From Podarcis pityusensis (Eukaryota): a DNA stretch of 64,000 nucleotides. Location: assembly GCA_964106645.2 (NCBI GenBank), contig OZ067046.1; one strand, 5' to 3'. The position numbers and the translations under genes were made by a program. This document shows, in pieces, positions 14,403 through 26,288 of this stretch. The notes beneath the pieces are model-generated. The model saw only the letters and a list, made by a program, of their open reading frames with translations. It had not been told where the DNA came from and did not search any database. Each line of letters begins with the position of its first letter. The stretch's first letter is position 1.

Positions 14403-15622
14403 GTAACTAGCCATGGGGTACTATGACTTAATATATCCCTGCAAGATGGAGCATGGGCTCACATTCTCTTTTGAGTTTTCTGTTGCTTACTGCGATAACT
14501 AGGGATCCTTGTATTCTTCAGCACATTTGAAGTTTCTCTTTAACATGATTCTAATGTTGTCTGCTGTGCCTTATTCCTAATTAAGTTTTATGTCATGCCG
14601 TGATGTATTATTGAGAGAAAAGGTTTAGAGCTATTTATTTATTTGATAGACTTATATATCTTAACCAGAAAATCAAAGGAGGTTCTATAAAATAAATATA
14701 AAGCATTAATTTAAAAATACCAACAGAATTAAATATTTAAAAACAAGCTGACATATTTTTTAAAAAAATAGGTAAATAAAATTAGTAGTTTTAAAACAAA
14801 TATACCTAGTAAAATTACATGTTTGGGTAGGTTTCCATAATGAAAAAGGTTTTAGCAGGTTCCAAAAACTGTACAGTAAAGCCACCTGCCAAATATTTTC
14901 TTTTGTGATCTCCTTAATGTGACATGAATGGTGAATATGCATAACCAGAAACCTCTGTGCACTTTAACTGGATATTGAAAAATTTGCAAAAGTGATTATT
15001 TGATTAAGGTAAAAGCAGTTACTTTAGGATTATATATCCCATTTGGAAACGCTGAAATCCTTCTGTGTGAAATGGAAATTAGTCCTATCACAGATTGCAT
15101 GGCAGACGTCTATTGTTAGAGGTGTTTGGTAGCATTTGGCCACCAACCTAGAATTAAAAATACTGCTGGATTTCTTCATGTGCCATGAGCAGTCCCACAT
15201 ATAGATTCTGCACCTAAGTAGTGCAGGTTCATGACTATTCTAGAGTTCTAACTGGGACACTGGTGATCCTCTCACATATCAACAAGAGGCAAGTGAACAT
15301 GCCTAGAGAAGTGAAATGAGAACCTCACTTGGTTCTCTTCTGATCTCTGCAATAGCAGCAGCTAGGACAATGCTTTCTGTGGAATCTCCCCACAATGAAC
15401 TTTAATATCTGTCTTTCTCGGATGGGGATCTTTCTTTTAGTCTTAGTTTCGGTGTGCATTGACCTCATCTTTGTTCTTCCTAAAAACTGTGTTGACTGCT
15501 TTTACTTCCAGCGTAAGGTAATTGTGTTTTCAGTTACATAGGGTAAAACAATGTTGTTGATAACTAATGGATATGCTGCTAAATGTTGAATTGAATTGTT
15601 GGTCTTTTTCTGCCTCCCACAG

Positions 15623-15700
15623 GAATTTAACCTTATAGACAGAAGAGAACTTGCTCCACTTCAAGAATTGATTGAAAAACTCACTTCAAAGGACAGATAA
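15623..15700 (+). CDS. MOB1B: MOB1B last coding exon
   Basis: cccacag acceptor; EFNLIDRRELAPLQELIEKLTSKDR then TAA. With a 14-nt exon 1 the total is 216 aa. LTSKDR is the MOB1B-type C-terminus. Confidence 0.97.
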   Translation, partial: EFNLIDRRELAPLQELIEKLTSKDR

Positions 15701-18700
15701 GCAGAAGTGAATTTGTGCAAATCACTTGTTTGGTTTAAGCAGGCATGTGGTGTTTTAGGGATTTGAGCTGCAATCCTCTGCACACTGATTAAGATCCATG
15801 GAACTTACTCCTGAGCAAGCGTGTGAAGAGGCTTGCAGCCTTTTAAATTTTTGTTTATGTTTTTAGAAAGAAAAGGAAACCTGTTCTTGTTTTTTATTTG
15901 GGCAACCTAGATCCATTCTCTGTGCTTTTATTAGAGGAACCAGTTTGTCTTTAGTGAGACACACACAGTAAATGGCTTTCTGTTATTGTTTGTTGTGTAA
16001 TCTTCTTTTAGCAGATGTCGAGTGTTTATAAAGGAGAGAAAAAAATACATGCTTGTTGGGATATGTGACACTGCTGGTTGTATGGGTTCTGCGTTGCCAG
16101 TTGCAGCCCATTCTCAGAAAGTCCTTTAAGAGACTTAACATTCTCTAAGTGCCTTGGCAGACTCTCTTCTGAGGTACAAAGCACATACAAAGAACATTGC
16201 TGGAACCAGAAAACACAAATTGCTACCCAGGACTTACACTTCTTGTTAGATATAAATAAATATGTGTAAACCGTTTTTTAAAAAGCCATAACTTCTAGAA
16301 GTGATCTCCAGCTTTTAATGCAAAACAATGCCTTTAGAGATGAATGTGGGCTACAGGAGGTGGGGAGAGAGGGGGGCTCATTTTTCTTTCTTTTTTTATG
16401 TCCTCAGAAACCCACCCAACGTCTTGCATCTGTGGAGGACTAAGGACAGCATGGGGGTTGACCACTTTCTTCTTTGTTGCTTGCATTTGTTCTTCAAACA
16501 TTCAACTTTCCTTTAGATTAGCCAGCCTGATTTTGATGATCAAGGGAGGTCAAACTGTACTGTAAGCTTTCTTACCCGTATAAATCAGTAGCCTTGCCAG
16601 AGCATCAAGAGGAAACAAGGGGAAGTTGTTTACGGAGAACAACAGTGGTGTTAACAAGGATTTTAAAAATACTTCTAAATCCACCATAGTCATTTTATTG
16701 CGAGTGGCAGAAATCTCACTTGACGTACAAGTGTGGGCTCCTTAGTTGCAAACTGCCTCAATCCATTTATCGGATGGAACACTTGCCATTCCATTCATCC
16801 TGAGCGCACAGTCCCACTGCAGTCCTAACTGTACACCCAAACACAGCAGTTTTCTTATACGGCTTACAGTACCACTTTTTCATGTTTTTAGATGTCTCTG
16901 TTTACTTTTACTCACACATATTTTGTATTTTTGTCACTCTTTCTTTGTTTCTTCCCCTCCTTTCAAATGAGATGACCCAGTACCTTATAACCAAGCACCC
17001 AGATAACGGTCACCTGTTGGTTTGTGGATGTTTTTGATAGCACGTTGGGAAACCCAAGACTTTTCATTCTTAGAAGTTCAGAACATGAGCTGTTTCTGAT
17101 TCCCACATGTTCATAAAATTGTCAGGTTTAATTCAGAGTTCTATATACAATCAGATCTTTCTTGCACATTTGCAGCTTACCACTCTCTGATTATATAGTG
17201 TTAAATTGAAAATGTCATGGTTTTTTTTGCTGATTCATCATACTCTTCAGATGTTCTTAAACCAATTTGCACAGAATGATTTAAAACGGAGTTCTGTGTA
17301 GTATAGAGATAGTCTTCCTTGGGTGAAATAGATCTGAATCTGCAAATTCACAAAGCGGTATCTTATTGAGTATGCATTTCTGACATAAGCTGCGTTGCCC
17401 ATGCATGTCCCTTTTAAAATCTTGTGTGCACAGCACCTTCCCATAGCATGTTTTTTGCAGTGTATGTAAGTTACATATGCACAATGTGTGTTTTAAACAC
17501 TGCATTATCAAGTATTCAACACACTCTTGAGCTTAAGACGTGGTCTTGAATTTTTTGTAACTCAGTCATAAAAGGAAAAACAAGAAATGCCGTGAACTCA
17601 TCTAGGCTTACTTCACCTTGATAATTAGGTAGCCCTTGCTCATTGTACCTAATGTACATATTGCATGGAGCACCATAATTCTGCATGTAGATTTAGCAAA
17701 ATAAATGATCAGCAGTTTGGGTACTACTTAATATGCACACACGGTATTACATATGCTAATCTTTTATGGTATTACATCTATGTCCAGGCTTGATTTTATA
17801 GAAGTCAGGCTTACCATTCTGAGATCAAATATTTAAATAGATGTTTGAGGACCTTTTAAAAAATTGGAATTTACAGGCAGCAGTTTATAAGGAAGGAAGT
17901 TACTATTGAAATGTTTCCCAATGATGAGCAATTTCAATCCCTTGAAATATTAATTTAACACACATACACACACAATTTTTTTAGGGACTGTTGTGAATAT
18001 TCTATAAGGTAAGTCTGTTCTATAAAGGTACAATGAGAGTGTATTAAGTTTCAAATGCTCATTGTGGGGGGGGATTATTTGGTTTGCTTTCGTTTGCTGA
18101 CTTCTTGGTTGGATAATAAAAGGCTGGAGATCACTGAGAGTACATTTAGTTAAACTCTGTTGATTTCATTAAACTTGAAAACGAAAACACTGAAGATATC
18201 TCATTGTATTGAACACAGAGTATATCTTTGTATTGCATTGGGAACTTTTACATTTTTCAGTGATGGCCTTCAGACACAATATATATTAATTTACCAATGC
18301 ATTCAAATGTAAATCCAGGTCTCCTTGATTTTTTTCATCTGACCAAGGATTTTGAAAACTGAACACCTTAGTATTTTAAAATCCACAAAATTATAGTCTG
18401 GATCTGGGTTTCAATCTTGAAGGGGTACTCTGCTAAATGCCAGGTTGCTTTTTTATATATTAAACATTGGATATTCAGGCCTGGGAATATAGTCACAGCC
18501 AGCCATTGTATTTTAACACTCTTTTACATTGTGGAGGAAGAGTGAAGGAGCTTCAAAAGTCTGAACCAGTTTTACTCTTATTTCAGCTTTCAGTGTGTTT
18601 CTTTGTTTTGGTGATGGGGTTAATAACTTCAGAAGGTAACCTTCCTCAATCTGATGAGACAGAGTAAAATTGATGGTCATGGAAGTTGGTGCAAGTCCAT

Positions 18701-21025
18701 TAAAGCCGTTGTGTTGTGCTTTCTTAGGCCAGTGAACAAGGATTTACATTGTTAAGACAGATTTTTTAATTCTGACCATAGAAATTGTATGTCTACTTTG
18801 CATATTCGTGTCAGGGATCCATGTTCATTGCGTAAATATAAAAACGTCCCACAATATTTTAGTGGTAACTCAGCTTTAGCCAGAAAGCTTTCAAAAGGAT
18901 TAATAGCTCTTCTGTAAGTTCATGTCAAGTTTTCTTTTACTGTTTACTATGCAATCTAGAACTCTGAATATTTGCAGTTACTTTTAAGATAGAAAACCAG
19001 AGACTCTTTAATCTTTTAGAACTGAAATCTCTCTCTAAAGTTCCCTTTACAGGCAAAAGGCCAATTTGCTGCTATTGACTCTTCTTACCTTTTCAGATTT
19101 TTCCTCTTTTCCTTGAGCTCTTGCCTTGAATTGCCATACAAAGTTTTAAGATTTTTTTTTTTAATAAAAAAAATCAGCTTGGGAATGTCTTAAACCAGCT
19201 GACATGTATTCTTTCCCCCTGGAATACTATATTATAGGTGAAATTTATGCTTTCATATTAAATCAAAACAAAAAGGTGGACCTGCCAATTTCTCAATTGC
19301 AACATTCCCATGTTATTTAATATTTTCATTTCTTTTCATTGCATTTCTTTTAATAGGTAACTATTTAGGGTTTTCTAGACTGCATTGATAGAACCACTAG
19401 CCACCTTAGGAGTGATATACTTAAATTTAAGTAAAAGTTTAGTTGGCATCTTATTTCTGCCAGTTGTACACATAGTTTCATTTTTTGAAATTCAGTTCCC
19501 TCCTAAAATGGCAAAGTAATTCAACTTTTGAAACTCTTTGTTTGCTTGGTTTTTTTCTTCTCCAAGAACACTGTCCTTTCAATAGTTTTTTCATAGATAA
19601 CTGTATTTTTAGGGGAAATTAATTTTTATAGCCACTAAACTGTACTCATTATTTTTGTACATGTATAACTAGGTCATTCAAATCTTTTGAAAGGTCATTC
19701 GGTTCCATTTTTGAAGACATTTATTCACAGATGTTGTGTTTGCTAAATATTGCCATAAAAATCAATACCTTTTAACATGTATTGTAAAAATTAAAAGGCT
19801 CGAGTAAATATTACTCATTGGTAAACCTGGTACATGCAGACAGACCTGCCTAACTCTTACTATAACTGGCAAAGCCTTAAGTGCAGTGGGGGGGGGGGGA
19901 CAGGAGACTAGATAAAATATAGGACCACTTGCTTGTGCTCTCCTAACAGGGAACATCCAGGAGCATGGAGGTTTCCTGATGTGCACTGCACAGCACTCAT
20001 CAGCTATGGCCACAGATTCCTGCCTGAATCAGGCTAGGTCTGTCCAGCCAGCATAATCAAGCAGTCTAGCTTGCTGGACTGCACAACCTCAGGCTACAAT
20101 TGGTGATGGTAAGAAGGGGAAGGAGTTGCATCATCATGGGGTTGGGCAGCGGGGTGAGCGATTTCCTTGCAAAAGAAAAAGCAGCATTTTGGGTAGAATG
20201 CTTAAACTGCAAACCATCTCCTAAAGGTGCTTTCCACCTGTAAAGAGTTTAAGCTGTGGCAGGAGTATTCACGCATGCATCTCTCTCTTTCCCCTTGGCA
20301 GCTAGAAGCAGTACAGGAAAAGCCTTACAATTTAATTGTTCCGAGTGCATAAATTGGTTCCCCTTGTACTTGATTTTATGCTGTAACAGTCTTGCCTTCA
20401 TGTGTGAGCTCACTCAGTGACCCCTTCTCTAAACCTGGTGTTGGGCCTGCTTTTTGGAAGCAAGAAGGTATTGCAGATGCAACACTATGATGTCTGCTTC
20501 TTTTAAATACTTCAAAAGCAGCTGGACAAAATAGGCTTAAAATATAAAATGCAACACAGAGACCTGTACTGTACGCAGACTGTGCCAATATTACTTCAGT
20601 TTGTAGTCATTATTGATCAATACTTGTTTTAAATGAAAACAGCTTTTTGATTTAAAAAAAAAAAAGTTGAATGTCTGAAATTCTGCAACACATGTATTGG
20701 AAAGATGTAAATAATGTATACAGATTGTTGTAAGTGATGGGATGAAAAATATATATAAATTCTAGGCTTTTTCAGTAAGGAACTGAATGCTGTTTATAAG
20801 AAGAAAAATAAATAGCTATGTTTGACCATGATTGCCTTTTCTTTCCCTCCTCATCCTAACTTGCTGTTTTTCAATAGATCTACATCCATTATGTATCTGT
20901 ACATTGTACACATCTGAGCATTTCACGTACAAATTACTTTATGTGATTACCTTACCTGAATTTGTGAACTATTTGTATAGCAGGCAAATCTAAGAGCAAT
21001 AAAACAAACCTGATGTCCTTCCATT
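15701..21025 (+). other. MOB1B: Inferred long MOB1B 3'UTR
   Basis: AT-rich, TE-poor stretch after the stop codon, ending at AATAAA 20998-21003. The end is inferred; no transcript data. Confidence 0.55.
20998..21003 (+). terminator. Candidate distal polyadenylation signal of MOB1B
   Basis: AATAAA preceded by several TGTA elements (20892-20980) and followed by pyrimidine/T-rich sequence. Confidence 0.55.
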
Positions 21026-22371
21026 TTCCTTAACTCTTATAGCCCTGAAGTTTTGGCATACAACTGAAGTTTTCAAAATGGGAGGCAAGCCTACCCAGAA
21101 ATTATAGTCAGTTGTGCAAAATGGAAGTCCTTCCATCTGTACTCAAACTCAGACATGGGCTGTTTCCCCATCAAAATGGTGCCGCTTCCAATACAAAGCG
21201 GTAAGGTAATATGTGGCTGTTAGGAAGGAGTGCTGGAATGCACTAGTTTGGTTTCACTTTTGGTCTAAAGATACATGAAACAAAACTGAAATTAAGCAAG
21301 TTTGGTTTGGTGCCTCTTGAAAATGGCTTAGGAACCTGGGAAATACCAATCATACTTGAAGCAGACCCATTGAAATGGACTCATTACTTGAGTTCATTGA
21401 TTTCAGTGGGTCTGCTTTAACACTGGATATCCCATGTGTGTTTGTTTAAATGCGTAGCTTGCTGTTTATTAAGGATGCGAGTGTGGGTTGCAAGATATTA
21501 ACATAAAGCAACAATCACAAAACCATTGTAATTAAATTGCCTTAAAACTATTGCTCCCATTAACTGTTAAGACACCATCAAACTTCCATAAGGGTCTGAG
21601 CAGAGATGCTTTTAGTTGGCAATGAAAGGTAAAAGAGATCTGTGTCAACTGCACTGTAGAGGAAGGGGCATCTGTTGGCTAAAAAAATTGTGCCCCTGGT
21701 TGCAGCTGTTATAAAAAATGTGTATGGATTCTAGAATAGTTTGAGCAACACATTTGGGCAAGAAAATTCTTTAAAGTCAGATTTGCCCTTAGAAGTGGTC
21801 AACATCCAGTAATGCGTGTGGGAATTTCTACAGAATTTCTACAATAGTTTACATCTCCTGTGTGAAGCCTTTACTGCATGCCACTACTAAATCTTGAATG
21901 TTCTGGTTGTCTTGACCATAACCTGGGCAACAGGTTTCTATGGATGTCTCATTTTGTTCCTCTAGCCTTTCTTCCAGTATTTGTTTGGCGTTTTCTGAGC
22001 AAAATGAGCTCTGTGTGGGGATGGTGTCTTCATTAACATTTGCCTTTTCCAATTCAATCCTTAATCTCTCAGATGTTATTGCTGAACTCAAGGTTACCTG
22101 GGTCCTATTCTTCAGAATTTTTCGAAGACTAAAAAAACCAAACAAAAAAAAACCCTCCTGGAAACTTTAAAAGTTTCTGTGTCCAAATGCAAACCAGGTG
22201 AAAGGCACAGGAATCGTACATTTTGAATTGTTTGTTTATATTTCTAGATCAGTACACATAGCGTTTTCTAAGGAATAAAAGAACAGGTCCCTACCCTCAC
22301 TTGGATGTCTTAGTCAAAATAAAAAATATTCCTTCTAGTAGCACCTTAAAGACCAACTAAGTTAGTTCTTG

Positions 22372-22409
22372 GTATGAGCTTTCGTGTGCATGCACACTTC
22401 TTCAGATAC
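22372..22409 (-). ncRNA. Mirror copy of the hammerhead motif in the inverted arm
   Basis: Exact reverse complement of 24054-24091. Confidence 0.8.
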
Positions 22410-24053
22410 ACTGAAACAGAAGTTGCCAGATCCTTCTATATAGTGAGAAGGTGGGGAGGGGTATTACTCAGAAGGGTGGTGGGAATGGGTGATTGGCAGA
22501 TAGCTGGGATGAGCCTGTTGACGACTCTTAACGACTGCAATAGGTCTTACAGGAAAAGGCAAGGGGTGAGAAGGTGAGAAATGGCTTAGTCATGTATAAT
22601 GAGATAAGAATCCAATGTCTTTGTTCAAACCAGGTCTCTCCATGGTTTTAAGTTTGGTAATGAGTTGCAATTCAGCAGCTTCTCTTTCCAGTCTATTTCT
22701 GAAATTCCTTTGTAGCAAAACAGCTACTTTGAGATCTTGTATAGAATGTCCTGGGAGATTGAAGTGTTCTCCTACTGGTTTCTCTGTTTTGTGATTCTTG
22801 ATGTCTGATTTATGTCCGTTTATTCTTTGGCGTAAGGTTTGGCCTGTTTGTCCAATATAGAGAGCTGAAGGACACTGTTGGCATTTGATGGCATACACAA
22901 TGTTAGACGATGAGCAATTAAATAGTCCCGAGATGGTATGTGTGATGTTGTTGGGGCCAGTAATGGTGTTGTCCGGGTGTATGTGGCAGCAAAGTTGGCA
23001 TCTGGGTTTATTACAGGCTCTGGTGCCAGTGTCGGTGTTAAGTCTGGTTGTAGTATTATTGTGGGTTAGGAGTTGTTTAAGATTGGGTGGCTGTCTGTAG
23101 GCAATGAAAGGTCTTCCTCCCAGAGCTTGAGAAAGAGAACTGTCATTGTCCAGGAGAGGTTGTAGATCTCTGACTGGCTCTGTTGATCTGTTGTCTAACT
23201 TCATCTGCTGGGTATTTTAGTTCTAAAAAGGTTTGCTGTAGATCTCTTAGGTGAGCCAGACTGATACCCAGAGAGAACTTGCTGCAAGACAGACCCAAAA
23301 AAGAAAATAACAGAACACCTCTAGTCATCACATACAGCTCCCAAGTTAAAACAGTACAACGCATCATCAGAGATCTACAACCTCTCCTGGACAATAACCC
23401 ACAATAATACTACAACCAGACTTAACACCGACACTGGCACCAGAGCCTGTAATAAACCCAGATGCCAACTTTGCTGCCACATACACCCGGACAACACCAT
23501 TACTGGCCCCAACAACATCACACATACCATCTCGGGACTATTTAATTGCTCATCGTCTAACATTGTGTATGCCATCAAATGCCAACAGTGTCCTTCAGCT
23601 CTCTATATTGGACAAACAGGCCAAACCTTACGCCAAAGAATAAACGGACATAAATCAGACATCAAGAATCACAAAACAGAGAAACCAGTAGGAGAACACT
23701 TCAATCTCCCAGGACATTCTATACAAGATCTCAAAGTAGCTGTTTTGCTACAAAGGAATTTCAGAAATAGACTGGAAAGAGAAGCTGCTGAATTGCAACT
23801 CATTACCAAACTTAAAACCATGGAGAGACCTGGTTTGAACAAAGACATTGGATTCTTATCTCATTATACATGACTAAGCCATTTCTCACCTTCTCACCCC
23901 TTGCCTTTTCCTGTAAGACCTATTGCAGTCGTTAAGAGTCGTCAACAGGCTCATCCCAGCTATCTGCCAATCTCCCATTCCCACCACCCTTCTGAGTAAT
24001 ACCCCTCCCCACCTTCTCACTATATAGAAGGATCTGGCAACTTCTGTTTCAGT

Positions 24054-24091
24054 GTATCTGAAGAAGTGTGCATGCACACGAAAGCTCATAC
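24054..24091 (+). ncRNA. Minimal type I hammerhead ribozyme motif in the Penelope pLTR
   Basis: GTAT-CTGAAGA-A-GTGTGCATGCACAC-GAAA-GC-TC-ATAC: stem I GUAU/AUAC, CUGANGA core, palindromic stem II, GAAA, vestigial palindromic stem III AGCU, UC cleavage site. Confidence 0.8.
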
Positions 24092-24999
24092 CAAGAACTA
24101 ACTTAGTTGGTCTTTAAGGTGCTACTAGAAGGAATATTTTTTATTTTGACTATGGCAGACCAACACGGCTACCTATCTGTAATTGGATGTCTTAGGCAGA
24201 GGTGTAGCTAGGAGTTGGCAGAACTGACCCCTGGTGTTGACTGTGGAGTGTATGACGCTGTACGTGTGGCGACATGCTGTTGCAGTGAGATCAAACATGG
24301 GAAAAGCTACACGTCTTTCTCACACCATAGCACAAAAGTGGGCCTTCCTCACTTTGAGTATCTCGGTCATGTAAAATGTAGTAATTTTGAATATGGCTAT
24401 TGCAGTAAAGTGATTGGTGGCAGTAGCAATTCAGCTCCTTGTCAGGGATGCAACAGATCCCAAGAAAGTCATGTTGGAGAAGGCTATTGATGGTTGGTAG
24501 CTGTGATGGCTACGATGTGCCTCCACGGCTGCGGGTAGCAATGCTTCTGAATACCAGTTGTTGGAAACCACAGGAGGGAAGGAGTGTACTTGTGCTTAGA
24601 GCCTCCTTGCAGGTTTCCTAGACATCTAGGTGACCACTCTTGAGAACAGGATGCTGGACTATACTGGCCATTGGCTTGATCCAGCAGAACTCACCTGATG
24701 TTTTTATGCTATCCTGAAGCTGGATGATCTAAAACCGAATTAAGGGAGAATTTAAACCAGGGTCGAGAGCCTTCCGGATGTTACGGGGACTCCTAACTCC
24801 CATCATCCTTAACCAGTGGGCCTCAGGTCCACCATCCCTGATCCGCAATATGCGTGGCTTCTCCCGTAATCCCGGGTCTCAAAGCCACCTAGGCTATATG
24901 CCTTTTCAAAGATCACAGCAGAAAAAGACCACAACACGCGGCATTTTAAACATTATTTCTAAGAAAACTTTAAAATCTCCTCCTGGAAGGCGGAGTGCG

Positions 25000-25722
25000 A
25001 TCTCGCCCCAGAAGCCTGGCAAGCTGCCATGGCAACGACGTAACTGCAGCAGGGGATTGGACTAGATGACCCTCGGGACCCCCTTCCAACTGCAGAATTC
25101 TACGACCCAAGCCGATCGACGCACTCACAGCTCGACAGCGCTCCCTCCGGCTGCATCCGTTGCTCGGTGTGTGATTGAGCTTCCCTCCCCATGGAAAGCC
25201 GGCCCTTCTGAGGCGAGCGAGCGCGGTTGGTTTTTGCTCTGCCGCAAGCCGCGGTCGCTCGCGCGCGCTTCGCCATACGGTTTATGACCCTCTCGGGCAC
25301 CTGTAGGGACTCTTCGGGCGGCTAAGGAGGGGAGAGAACGACGACAGCTGCGGCTTCTATTATTATGATAAGACCGTCATTGAGGTGAAAACGAAGCCGG
25401 AAGGAAGAAGCTGACTGGACTCCCGCGGGTGACGTCACTGCCCGGCATAGCCAACCCCGAGCGACGCCGCGCCAAATTCGAACGGCGGCTGGCGGGACAA
25501 ACGGGATTGGCCGGCTGGCTGGCGCGCGCGCGGGCAGACGGGCTTACGTAGCCTCGGCGTGCGGGAAGACCGGAGCGCTCCCGCCTAGGTTTGTCCTCTC
25601 AGTCGCACCGTCTTCCCCGGGAGCTTCGCACCGTAGCCGGTAGGCAGTTTCCATGGCAACCCCACCTAAGCGGAGCCGGGTCGAGAGCGCCATCAAGAAG
25701 ATCGCCATAGAAGGCAACATAG
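25000..25722 (+). promoter_or_regulatory. DCK: DCK CpG-island promoter and first exon
   Basis: The only strongly CpG-dense region of the window. Contains ETS CCGGAAG 25397-25403, CRE GTGACGTCAC 25429-25438, E2F CGCGCCAAA 25468-25476, inverted CCAAT 25506-25510 and X-box-like palindromes at 25023-25036 and 25647-25660. Confidence 0.88.
25653..25722 (+). CDS. DCK: Deoxycytidine kinase coding exon 1
   Basis: ccATGG start; MATPPKRSRVESAIKKIAIEGNI (NLS plus start of the P-loop); gtgaat donor. Confidence 0.96.
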
Positions 25723-25995
25723 GTGAATTGTCTCTTATTTGCGCTGTTTTATATATTCCCTTCCCCCCTCCCGCTTTTCAGCAGTGTTGGTTGCGGGTGG
25801 GGCTTCCAATGGCGGTTTACAGAGAGCAGAGGATAAGGCCATAGCTTCCTTCTCAAGAAGCACGGCATAAAAGGAAAAGCGGGCTGGGAGGGAGGAGGAA
25901 AAAACGCAGGCTCAGGGGTCAGTTGCTCGACTTGGTTGCAAAAGTTATTGTAAGAAAGAACTGGCTGGACTAGGCAGCAGAGATAAAATAAAACG

Positions 25996-25996
25996 C

Positions 25997-26051
<55 letters not shown>

Positions 26052-26058
26052 CACACAC
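25996..26058. repeat. (GT)n(AT)n microsatellite
   Basis: Seen directly; a similar compound repeat is at 28947-28996. Confidence 0.9.
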
Positions 26059-26063
26059 GCAAA

Positions 26064-26288
26064 CAGTGGTACCTCGGGTTAAGTACTTAATTCGTTCCGG
26101 AGGTCTGTTCTTAACCTGAAACACCACTTTAGCTAATGGGGCCTCCTGCTGCCGCCGTGCCACAGGAGCACAATTTCTGTTCTCATCCTGAAGCAAAGTT
26201 CTTAACCCAAGGTACTATTTCTGGGTTAGCGAAGTCTGTAACCTGAAGCGTATGTAACCTGAAGCGTATGTAACCTGAGGTACCACTG
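26064..26288. mobile_element. Tc1/mariner (Tigger-like) MITE
   Basis: TIR cagtggtacctcgggtta...taacctgaggtaccactg followed by TA; same family as 63080-63602. Confidence 0.85.

Larger units (their letters stand above)
22311..24182. mobile_element. 5'-truncated Penelope-like element (GIY-YIG, Poseidon-like) with inverted 758-bp arms
   Basis: GIY-YIG ORFs on both strands (NIVYAIKC..C...YIGQTGQTLRQRINGH, CCHH linker) at 22590-23204(-) and 23565-23873(+). Arms 22311-23068 and 23395-24152 are reverse complements. Flanking direct repeat ttggatgtcttag at 22301-22313 and 24183-24195. Confidence 0.93.

Noticed and set aside
22590-23873. Two GIY-YIG nuclease genes
   Set aside because: They are the C-terminal fragments of one truncated Penelope ORF, duplicated in inverted orientation, with no RT core
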